Origin: a bacterium
GTDB taxonomy: Bacteria > Latescibacterota > Latescibacteria > Latescibacterales > Latescibacteraceae
DNA: 64,000 bases
Direction: 5' to 3'
Assembly (NCBI GenBank): GCA_021372535.1
Contig: JAJFUH010000112.1
Span: 1,034 to 65,033 of the forward strand
The position numbers and the translations under genes are program-made. Below, piece by piece: positions 47,686 through 56,445 of this stretch. Every line of letters starts with the position of its first letter. Positions within the stretch are counted from its first letter, which is position 1. The notes beneath the pieces were generated by a model. That model was not told the origin of the DNA. It saw only the letters and a list, made by a program, of their open reading frames with translations, and did not search any database.

Positions 47686-50190
47686 TCATCGCTGTTTCCC
47701 ACCCCGCGCCAGACGGAATCCCGTGTGCGGTCCCGTGTAATCGGGAGGATGCGGTCCCCGTATCGAGTTCCTGATAAGCTTGGCATTCGAATTCCATCCG
47801 CCTCCCCGAACAACACGCCCTGGTCCCTGCGAAGCTCCCGCGGGATTCACCACAAGCCCGGATTGATACGGTCCGAACCAGTCGGCGCACCATTCCCACA
47901 CATTTCCCGCCATATCGTTCAGACCGAACTGATTGGGAGGAAATGTGCCTGCTCTGGTCAGTGATGTCCGCCAGCCTGTCCCGTTATTCCAGTCGTTCCC
48001 GAAATTGGCGCGTTTTTCGGGAGATTCGTCGCCCCATGGGTACAGTTTACCCTCCAGCCCGCCGCGCGCGGCATATTCCCATTCGGCCTCGGTCGGGAGA
48101 CGGGCGCCGGCCCATTGTGCGAATGCGGCCGCATCGGACCACGATACGAATACAACGGGACGGTCGGGACGAGCCTGCTGGCTTCCCCATGATGGAGGCT
48201 CCGCGTGACCGGTTGCCTTGAGAAATGCCGCATACTGCACCACGGTTATCTCATCACGGGACATTTCGAAAGCCGATACGGTTACCCTGTGTACCGGCCG
48301 GACCTGCAGCTGCTCCTCGATATCGCCCTGGGAATCACCCATCATGAACGTACCGGCAGGAATCCGTATCCAGACAAGCGCGACCGTTTCCTTCGGTTTT
48401 GTTTCCTGTTTTTCGGGCTTGATTTCCGGTTTCACGAGAACCGCAACGGGCTGATCCGTCGCTTGATTCCTGGTTTTTGCTGGCGGTGCAGTGGTTTTTT
48501 GAGGAGCCTTATCTTCCGGTTTTTCCACGGGTTTTTTCTCATCGGTGCGCACAGGGGATGACGATGAAGCCGGGCGTGATTCAGCCGGAGATTTTTCCTC
48601 GGTCCGGGTCGATAAAGTTTCCGGTTTTTTCTCCGGGGTTTTTTGTGCCGGTGAAGCGGAAACGGGCGGCTGTTGCTGCGTTTTTACCGTTTCCTGCTGT
48701 TTTTCCGCGGAAGGCAACATGCGTTCCGGTTTTTTTTCGCTGTCCTTTTTTACCTGAGGCGAACTATCCGATGACGGTTTCGTCTGTTCCCCGGCGGGAG
48801 TTTCACCGGTTTTTTGCAGTGGTTCCGTCTGAGATTTGGTACCGCCCGAAGATGCCGTTACCGGCGGCGATGATTTCTTCCCCTGCGGAATAACATAGTA
48901 GAGCGCCCCCAGAACAACTCCGATCATGCCCAGCGACAGGAGAGCATACATCAGCATGGAAGCGCGTTTCTTCTCTTTCTGTGGTTTTCCTGCCGCTTTC
49001 CCCGCGCTGGATTGAACCGGTCCCGTGAGGGTATCTCCAAGCTTTCCGGAAGCCTCGGGGGAATCCTTGCCCGGCTTTTCCACTGTCTTTCCGGCGGATA
49101 CCGCTTCAGCCGGAAGTATTACCGTTTCGGCAAGAGGTGTTTTATCCTCTTCCGGGACAGGTTGTCCGTATACGGGTTGAGGAGAAGCGATGGTTTCGGA
49201 CGACTCGGACTGTTCCGGCTGGTTTTCGAGGATTTGCTCATGGAGCGCCTTGCCAAGCTCGGCTGCCGATTGATACCTGTCTGCAGGACTCTTGGCAATA
49301 GCTTTCATGATAATAGCGGAAAGTTCTTTCGGTACTTCCCTGTTGATGGTTTCCGGCAGCGGCGGGAGCACGTTCACCTGATTGTAGAGAAGCGCGGTAT
49401 GATCGAGACCGAAGAACGGCGATTTCCCGACCGCCATCTGGTACAGGACGCATCCCAGACTGTAGATATCCGACCTGCCGTCAACCTCTTCCCCCTTTAT
49501 CTGCTCGGGGCTCATGTACATGGGAGTGCCGATGAACATGCCCGTCTGCGAAAGCTTCGCGCTGCGCTGGGCTTTTGCTATCCCGAAATCGACGACGATC
49601 GGCTGCCGTTTTTTATTGACGATGATATTTTCGGGTTTGATATCACGGTGGATCACTCCCTTCTCGTGGGCATGCTGGAGCGCGAAACTGACCATGACCG
49701 CAAGACGGGCAAGCACCCGGGGTTTGAGCGCCCCGCTCTTTTTGATGATCTGGTCGAGGGGTACTCCCTCGATAAAAGCCATCGAATAATAGTAAAATCC
49801 GCCGCTTGTATCGACATCGTGAATCTGTATAATGTTCGGATGGAGAAGCTTGGCTGCAATTTTTGCTTCACGCAGGAAACGTTTGGCAAAGTTTTCATCG
49901 TATGACATCTCCTGCGGGAGCAGTTTAAGTGCGACAAGGCGTTCGAGACGGCTGTCCTCGGCAAGAAAAACAATTGCCATGCCTCCCCTGCCTAGTTCAC
50001 GGATAATTCTGTACCGGTGCGAGACCGCGGCCTTGAACCGCTCGATGTAATCCCCTTCCCCGTTCTGTGAGGTTTTTTCCTGAGCCCCCGACGGTTTTCC
50101 GGGAGTGATCTCCCTGGGGAGTTTTTCGCCGCAGTTGGTACAAAACTCTGCTTCATCCCTGTTTTCTGTTCCGCATTTATCGCAAAACAT
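47686..50190 (-). CDS. Hanks-type Ser/Thr protein kinase with an N-terminal zinc ribbon, a TM segment and a C-terminal FGE-sulfatase domain
   Basis: The zinc ribbon is CDKCGTENRDEAEFCTNCG. The kinase subdomains are GRGGMAIV..ALK, HRDIKPENI, DFGIA and SPEQ. A Pro/Lys/Thr-rich linker precedes the TM segment (LMYALLSLGMIGVVLGALYYVI). The FGE blocks are RLPTEAEWEYAARGG and GNVWEW. Confidence 0.85.
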   Translation of the reverse strand: MFCDKCGTENRDEAEFCTNCGEKLPREITPGKPSGAQEKTSQNGEGDYIERFKAAVSHRYRIIRELGRGGMAIVFLAEDSRLERLVALKLLPQEMSYDENFAKRFLREAKIAAKLLHPNIIQIHDVDTSGGFYYYSMAFIEGVPLDQIIKKSGALKPRVLARLAVMVSFALQHAHEKGVIHRDIKPENIIVNKKRQPIVVDFGIAKAQRSAKLSQTGMFIGTPMYMSPEQIKGEEVDGRSDIYSLGCVLYQMAVGKSPFFGLDHTALLYNQVNVLPPLPETINREVPKELSAIIMKAIAKSPADRYQSAAELGKALHEQILENQPEQSESSETIASPQPVYGQPVPEEDKTPLAETVILPAEAVSAGKTVEKPGKDSPEASGKLGDTLTGPVQSSAGKAAGKPQKEKKRASMLMYALLSLGMIGVVLGALYYVIPQGKKSSPPVTASSGGTKSQTEPLQKTGETPAGEQTKPSSDSSPQVKKDSEKKPERMLPSAEKQQETVKTQQQPPVSASPAQKTPEKKPETLSTRTEEKSPAESRPASSSSPVRTDEKKPVEKPEDKAPQKTTAPPAKTRNQATDQPVAVLVKPEIKPEKQETKPKETVALVWIRIPAGTFMMGDSQGDIEEQLQVRPVHRVTVSAFEMSRDEITVVQYAAFLKATGHAEPPSWGSQQARPDRPVVFVSWSDAAAFAQWAGARLPTEAEWEYAARGGLEGKLYPWGDESPEKRANFGNDWNNGTGWRTSLTRAGTFPPNQFGLNDMAGNVWEWCADWFGPYQSGLVVNPAGASQGPGRVVRGGGWNSNAKLIRNSIRGPHPPDYTGPHTGFRLARGGKQR

Positions 50191-50535
50191 ACGACCCCGC
50201 TATTTCAGGGAACAGTAGATTCGGATTATACATTTATTGAGAAAGATACAGGCTCTGAAAAAATATTGAATTATAAACCATCGATGTCAATGTTTTTCTT
50301 TCAAAAACTTGATACGTAAGTATTTTCAAGTCAGAAAGGGGTGCAATATTTTCCCAGTCATAACGGAATTTCAAATACAAATGGAATTATCATATGTATC
50401 ATAATCAATGTATCTTCTTGCTTAATAATGTGTTATAGATATACTTCAAATTTCTGTGCACCGTGGCAGGTTTTTTGCTTAATTTATTACTGACTTACTA
50501 TACTTCCATTATAACAGTACCAGCCGCGGGGAGTT

Positions 50536-51807
50536 TTGATTGTGTCAGTGTTTCGGGTTCTGACATATGTTTTGACTGTCATCGTCCTCTTGATACCTGC
50601 TGCCGTGAGCGCGCAGGATGACAGCGAATACGGCCGTATCCTTTCCATCACCGACAAAACGGTCAATGTAAGTTTTGCAAATAAAACCGTGGGTGTGGGT
50701 GAAGAAGTGGAATTCTGGCGGTTCACGAAAATTGTCGATCCGGTGACCGGCGATATCCGCGGCGGGAAAAAAACTATTGTCGCATATGGTGTTGTCGATG
50801 ATATCGGCGTCGGAAAAGTCCAGGTTACGGTAACCGGGATGGTGCTCAATGGCAGAATTGCCATGCTCGACAGGGTTCTTGCCACCGGCAAGGGGAAACA
50901 GATCGTACGGACGCAGAAAATCGGTACGATACAGGAGCTCAAGGATGACGGCGCGATAGTTATCGATCTCGGAACAGAAGACGAAATCAGCGAAGGCGAC
51001 GAATTTCTCATTCAGCGCACGGAAACGGTTGTCGATCCCGAGACGAAAGAGGTGACCGTAAAAAACCAGGTCGATGTGGGAAGAGGACGGGTTCAGACGG
51101 CGGATAAAAAGACAAGTGTCGCTTCCCTTGTCCAGTTATTACCGGGAATGGAGATTCAGAAAACAGATAATGTCGTCTTCGACAAGCTGAAAACAGAAGA
51201 TGAAATCCCACTGTCCGGGAGTCCCGTGACGATCGACAGCCTCCAGAAAGAAATCGTCGAATTACAGCGCGAGGTTACGGTTTTGAAAGCCGCTGTGGAC
51301 AGTCTCGGCCAGGAACACCTGATCTTCAAGGATGAAATAGAAACGGTGCTTTCGCAGCTCATGGCGGGCGATATAAAAGGTACGCGGATTATCCTCAAAA
51401 ACGACGAGCCGATAACACGCGCCGATTCGCCGGAAGTGTTCGCGTCGTATAAAAGAGCCCTCGATACCTGTCTCGACCGTAAATTCAGGCAATCCATAGA
51501 ACTGTTTCATGCATTCATGAAACAATATCCCGCATCGAAACTGACCGAGAACTGCCGTTACTGGATAGCCCAGTCGTATTTCAGCATGGGAAATTTCGAG
51601 ACGGCAATCGAAGGATTCAGGGATGTCATCGACGAAAAGCGGTACACGCACAAGGATGACGATGCGGCAATAATGATCGCGATAACCTATTACAAGCTCG
51701 GGAAACGTGACGAGGCATTGCAGGCTTTCAATAACTTCGTCAAACTTTACCCGTCGAGCGAGTACCGGAAAATAGTCGAAAACTGGATTAAAAAATTATC
51801 CGCATAA
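50536..51807 (+). CDS. Secreted protein with a C-terminal CpoB/YbgF-like TPR domain
   Basis: It has a signal peptide and a coiled-coil segment (EIVELQREVTVLKAAVDSL). The C-terminus has repeats of the YbgF-type YPxSxxxxxAxYWxA pattern. Confidence 0.5.
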   Translation: MIVSVFRVLTYVLTVIVLLIPAAVSAQDDSEYGRILSITDKTVNVSFANKTVGVGEEVEFWRFTKIVDPVTGDIRGGKKTIVAYGVVDDIGVGKVQVTVTGMVLNGRIAMLDRVLATGKGKQIVRTQKIGTIQELKDDGAIVIDLGTEDEISEGDEFLIQRTETVVDPETKEVTVKNQVDVGRGRVQTADKKTSVASLVQLLPGMEIQKTDNVVFDKLKTEDEIPLSGSPVTIDSLQKEIVELQREVTVLKAAVDSLGQEHLIFKDEIETVLSQLMAGDIKGTRIILKNDEPITRADSPEVFASYKRALDTCLDRKFRQSIELFHAFMKQYPASKLTENCRYWIAQSYFSMGNFETAIEGFRDVIDEKRYTHKDDDAAIMIAITYYKLGKRDEALQAFNNFVKLYPSSEYRKIVENWIKKLSA

Positions 51808-51894
51808 GCGGAACAAGATTTAATTGAACACGGATTTTTAGCGGATTTTCATATCTTTTAAATACGAACAATTACGCGTTACTAAATATAGTAT

Positions 51895-51962
51895 AAATAA
51901 TTTTTTATATCTATTTGTGTCTTGGTATCTCAGTGGTGAAATATTTTTATTCATAATCCAGG
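51895..51962 (+). repeat. Fourth copy (D) of the conserved intergenic element, immediately upstream of the TPR lipoprotein gene
   Basis: tataaataattttttatatctaTTTGTGtcTTgGTatctcagTGGTgAAatATTTTtATtcATAAtCCA. The ATG follows 7 nt later. Confidence 0.55.
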
Positions 51963-51969
51963 ATCGCTT

Positions 51970-53112
51970 ATGAGACGGTTAACAGTATTTATCGTTATTC
52001 TTGTTTTTTTAGCGGGCTGCGCTTCCGAAGTGACCTACTACAAACGGGGCGTCGGCTATGAAAAAGCGGGAAAATACACAAAAGCGCTGAATTCGTATAA
52101 AAAATCACTGAAGCGCGATCCCAATTATGCCCTCTCCTTTTATGGCATCGGAAGCGTGTATGTCAAAACAAAACGCTGGGATGAAGCGCTCCAGAACCTG
52201 CTCAGGGCAAACGATCTCGGGATAGACGATCAGGATATTCACATGCTGCTCGGCTCCGTGTATGAATCACTCAACCAGATCGACCTCGCGGGAGAAGAAT
52301 ACGGCAAGGCGATAAAAGCCCGTCCCGATGATGTGCTCACCCATATGACACTCGGCGCGATGCTCGAAAAAAACGGCGATTACACGGGAGCGCTTACGGA
52401 ATACAACAGCGCCATCGAGATCGCTCCCGATTTTCACGAGGCGTATTTCCACAGCGCGCGCATGCTTTTTACCCTCGGCAACTACGTAAAAGCCGAAGAA
52501 GCCTACATTCAGGCGCTCGAATTCAGGCGTAAATATCCCCAGGCGCAGAATAACCTCACTGTCCTCTACCTGAGAACCAACCAGATCATGAAAGCGCTCG
52601 AATCAGCCACTAAAACACTCGATATCGATTCGGGATATGCGCCGGGGATTGTGAATATGGGTGTGGTTCATGAGGTCATGGGGAATAAAGTACTGGCGGA
52701 AGAATTTTACCGTAAGGCAATCGCTCAGGCGAACGATTACGACATGGGCCACTACCGTCTGGCGCTCTTTCTGCTCAAGGAAGGTAAAAACGAAGAGGGC
52801 CGCTATCAGCTTGAAACATCGCTCCAGTATAATCCGAATCTTGCTCCGGCGTATAACGAGCTGGCGATACTCGAACTCGATGGCGGGAATTACCAGAATG
52901 CGCTCGAACTCCTGAAAAACGCCGTCCGGGTCGATTCCACCTATGCCTCAGCTTTTTACAACATGGCGGGGATATACGCCAACACCGGTAAGTACGACCG
53001 TGCGGCCAAAGCATATACGGACTATCTGGCTAAAGCGAAGTCGCCGGAGGATTCGCTCGAAGTTATTTCCCAGATACGGATTCTTCTGTCACGCACTGGC
53101 ACAAGCCGGTAA
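51970..53112 (+). CDS. TPR-repeat lipoprotein
   Basis: A lipobox (FLAGCAS) followed by at least eight TPR units. Confidence 0.65.
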   Translation: MRRLTVFIVILVFLAGCASEVTYYKRGVGYEKAGKYTKALNSYKKSLKRDPNYALSFYGIGSVYVKTKRWDEALQNLLRANDLGIDDQDIHMLLGSVYESLNQIDLAGEEYGKAIKARPDDVLTHMTLGAMLEKNGDYTGALTEYNSAIEIAPDFHEAYFHSARMLFTLGNYVKAEEAYIQALEFRRKYPQAQNNLTVLYLRTNQIMKALESATKTLDIDSGYAPGIVNMGVVHEVMGNKVLAEEFYRKAIAQANDYDMGHYRLALFLLKEGKNEEGRYQLETSLQYNPNLAPAYNELAILELDGGNYQNALELLKNAVRVDSTYASAFYNMAGIYANTGKYDRAAKAYTDYLAKAKSPEDSLEVISQIRILLSRTGTSR

Positions 53113-53159
53113 TACACGAACATATCGAAACGTCTTATAGACTGTTTTGCCCGATAAAA

Positions 53160-55697
53160 TCACCCGTAGCACAGGCTCGCCCCGGCAAGCACATACATCT
53201 CGTCATCCGCTTGCATGAACACAACCTCCCACCCGCCTTCATCCGATACGCCCCGTGTGAGCGATGTGCAGATCGCGTTTTTTATGATGTCGTGAGCGTC
53301 CGATATGTCCTCGTTGAGCTGGTGAATGATCACCACATTGTGGATTGGCTCGTCAATCGTGGTCGCAAGCGAATATATTCCCGACCCGAGCGCTTTTCCC
53401 GTCTTCTCGAACACCGCGGTGGCATGTTCCGCTTCCTCCGGGGCGCCGTGCAGGGCATTGAGGATATCCTTTACCGTCAGCTCAAAGTTGAAAGTCGTAT
53501 TTTCATAGGTGTAAGGGTCGCGTTCGAGGGCTTTCACCATCTTCCTGATTTTTTCCTTCCGGAAGAAGATTTTCCCGGCTTTTCGTTCCTCCTCACGGGC
53601 ATAATGAATAAGACCGCCCCGTGAAACGAGCGCTTCAAGGTGGAGATCGGGGTATTCGTCATCGCATGTCCGCATGAGGGCAAGCTCCCCTTTCGCGACG
53701 AGAAGATTGATGAGGTATGTCTGGTGCAGGAGCGTGGGAAGACCGTTGTGTACATTGTTGATTGCCTCCCGAAGATGAATGTAGTAATCGGGAGCGATAT
53801 CCTCGATGCACGAGATCGCTTTACGGTCGACAATTACACCGGTGCCGAGACCGCGGCCGATCTTGACAAATACGAAATTCTCACCGCTCTTCAAACCTGC
53901 CCTGGCGCGGAGGCGTCGGGTGCGCGCGATGGCGAGCGCCATCGCGTTGGCGCTGTTTTCTACAGCGATATGAATATTCTGAGGAAAGGTGCTGTCTATC
54001 TCAACAATACGTTTAAGCAGTTCCCTGGCGATATCGAAATCTTTCCAGCCCGGGAGATTCATGGCCATGACCGCACGGGTGCCATCGACAAGACCCGATG
54101 TCGCTATGCCGAGAGCAGTCAGCGTTATCTGTTTTTTCCGCAGTTTCTGCCATACATCCGCGATTACTTCCGCGGCCGAATCGAGTATCGCCTCGCGACC
54201 GGTGAATCCCTGCTTGAACCTGGGATTGCCGTTGATATTCCTGGTTGTTATATGAACCGTTTCATCCTCGGTCACATATCCGCACCAAATGCCGGTGGCG
54301 CTGATGCGCAAACCGATGACTGCTTCGTTTTTTACGGGTTTTGCGATACAACCGTTCGAGGGGATGGTAATACTGCCGGATTTTGAATCACTGCTGTCTG
54401 CATTCGCATCATAGGCGATTTCGCCGTTCACTACGGTATACAGCAGGTTGTAATCCTTGTCCAGAACGACAAAATCAGCGCGACGGCCCTTTTCTATTTT
54501 CCCGGTGTCTTCGAGCCCCAGGATAGCCGCCGGATTGGTAGCGGTAATCTCGAAAGCGCGGACAATATCGGGATTATCGCCATTGAGAAGAAGCAGGTTT
54601 CGAAATGTCTGGAGCATGGTCATCACGCTCCCCGAAAGACGGCCGTCCGTAACGAGCCTGACAGCGCCATCGGATATTGTCACCCTCTGCCCCGCAAACT
54701 CAAACGTACCATCGCCCATATCGGGGTTGGCCACAGCGTCGCTTACACCGGCGACGAGGTGGTGCTGATTCATTGCAAGAGCGAGTATCGCCGGATTGAT
54801 ATGAATGAAATCGCAGATTATTTCAAGGCTGAGCTCATCGGCATTCTCGTCGTATATCCGCGGATCGATGAGACCGGTTGCCACTATACCGGGATTCCGG
54901 TGAGACATGGGTATCATGGCATTGAAGAAGTGCGTGAGATGACGGGCGCCGGTTCGGATTGCCGCCACGGTCTGTTCGAGTGATGCCGCGGAATGCCCGA
55001 GGCTCACCACAATCCCGCGGTCAAGAATCGCGCGGGTAAAATTGAAATGACTCGCAAAATCCATTTCAGGAGCGATTGTCATCATCCGTACGCCGTGGCT
55101 GTCGCGGGCGAGCATGTCTTCGTCGAGTATCCTCGGTATGTCACGGACAGTGGCGTCCCAGATGGCACTTTGTGGTATCGCGCCGGATACTTCAGGATTT
55201 ATCTTCGGACCCTCGAGATGCATTCCCAAAAGACGGGCGCGTGGTTTTCCCGGCTCGCCATCGGTCAGTGCAAGCTCGGCGAGCTGTGACCTCAGCATTT
55301 TGAATCGCGCATCGAGATCAACGCCGAAAAATCTACGCGATTGTGCCGGTACTATCAGGGTCGCAAGACACCCGGTTGTGCCGTATGAGGAAATTTTTTC
55401 CAGAATCCGGAGAGGATTCTGAAAACTCCCTATTTCCGAATATCGTGACGAGGTCTGATCGCCGTACCCGTGAAAATGAAGGTCGATAAAGCCCGGCCCG
55501 ATTATACAGTTTTGCGCCCCTATCTGTTTTTCGGCGTTGACCGCGGAGTCTCTGTCCCACCCTACTATACGGCCGTCATGACCGATGTGTAACTTTGACG
55601 GTTTATTGCCGATGGAGCCGAAAATACCGTCCTCCGCCGCCGGAGTGACGATCTGCCCGGCCTCTATGGTCATTTTATATTTGAATTTCGTTTTCAC
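53160..55697 (-). CDS. Fusion of N-acetylglucosamine-6-phosphate deacetylase (NagA-like, N-terminal about 440 aa) with an ASKHA/ROK-like sugar kinase domain (C-terminal about 400 aa)
   Basis: The NagA blocks are colinear with E. coli NagA: GPGFIDLHFHGYG, LGMHLEGP, IAPEMD, VVSLGHSAASLEQ, HLTHFFNAM, RLSGSVMTM and a VVNGEIAY tail. The C-terminal half has LGIATSGLVDG...NLPGW...HIAVENSANAMALA and a G-rich loop (IGRGLGTGVIVD). No CxCGxxGCxE Zn motif was found. Confidence 0.65.
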   Translation of the reverse strand: MKTKFKYKMTIEAGQIVTPAAEDGIFGSIGNKPSKLHIGHDGRIVGWDRDSAVNAEKQIGAQNCIIGPGFIDLHFHGYGDQTSSRYSEIGSFQNPLRILEKISSYGTTGCLATLIVPAQSRRFFGVDLDARFKMLRSQLAELALTDGEPGKPRARLLGMHLEGPKINPEVSGAIPQSAIWDATVRDIPRILDEDMLARDSHGVRMMTIAPEMDFASHFNFTRAILDRGIVVSLGHSAASLEQTVAAIRTGARHLTHFFNAMIPMSHRNPGIVATGLIDPRIYDENADELSLEIICDFIHINPAILALAMNQHHLVAGVSDAVANPDMGDGTFEFAGQRVTISDGAVRLVTDGRLSGSVMTMLQTFRNLLLLNGDNPDIVRAFEITATNPAAILGLEDTGKIEKGRRADFVVLDKDYNLLYTVVNGEIAYDANADSSDSKSGSITIPSNGCIAKPVKNEAVIGLRISATGIWCGYVTEDETVHITTRNINGNPRFKQGFTGREAILDSAAEVIADVWQKLRKKQITLTALGIATSGLVDGTRAVMAMNLPGWKDFDIARELLKRIVEIDSTFPQNIHIAVENSANAMALAIARTRRLRARAGLKSGENFVFVKIGRGLGTGVIVDRKAISCIEDIAPDYYIHLREAINNVHNGLPTLLHQTYLINLLVAKGELALMRTCDDEYPDLHLEALVSRGGLIHYAREEERKAGKIFFRKEKIRKMVKALERDPYTYENTTFNFELTVKDILNALHGAPEEAEHATAVFEKTGKALGSGIYSLATTIDEPIHNVVIIHQLNEDISDAHDIIKNAICTSLTRGVSDEGGWEVVFMQADDEMYVLAGASLCYG

Positions 55698-56033
55698 CTT
55701 GCTCTCCCCGTAACAATTACCTGATGCTTTTTATAAACGGACTCACATACAATGACGATACGACCATGAAAGGTTACACACGGAACATTGTGTCGTCATG
55801 CAGAACGATGTGCAGCACGGGTGAATGACGATAACGACGACTTTTTCATGTCGTTGTGAGTAACCCCATATGTTCCGGCAAAAAAAAGAGGCCGGCAAAA
55901 ACTGCGAGCCTTTTAATATGTATTAACTATTCGACATATTAATTTACTAATAAGCATTATATAATATTCGTGCTGTCAATCAGACCTGAGATGCATAAAT
56001 TCCTGGTATACTGAATAATTATATAATCGTCGA

Positions 56034-56405
56034 TTATCCAATAATTTCGGTAATTTTTGCATTCAGTGTTTTTGCATCAAACGGCTTTACGATATAGCCA
56101 TTTACACCCGATTTTATTGCGCTGACGATATCTTCTTTCATATTCCGCGTTGTAACCATGAGAATCGGAATACTTTTAATTTTAGGATCTGCCCTCACTG
56201 CTTCGGTAAGCTCGAGTCCGTTCATATTTGGCATGTTCCAGTCGGTCATGAGCAGATTGAAATCACCTGCCAGTAATTTTGCCAGGGCGTCCTTACCATC
56301 CTCGGCTTCTTTGACCTGAGAGTATCCCGCTTTAATAACTGTGTTGACCAGAATACGTCGCATTGTAGGCGAATCGTCGACAATCAATATTTTAAGATCG
56401 GGCAA
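56034..56405 (-). CDS. cheY: CheY-like single-domain response regulator
   Basis: 123 aa with LIVDDS, the MTDWNMP phospho-acceptor Asp and a YIVKPF Lys motif. Confidence 0.85.
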   Translation of the reverse strand: MPDLKILIVDDSPTMRRILVNTVIKAGYSQVKEAEDGKDALAKLLAGDFNLLMTDWNMPNMNGLELTEAVRADPKIKSIPILMVTTRNMKEDIVSAIKSGVNGYIVKPFDAKTLNAKITEIIG

Positions 56406-56445
56406 TTTTCTATCTCCTTTTAAGGGTTAAAGCATATATTATCAG

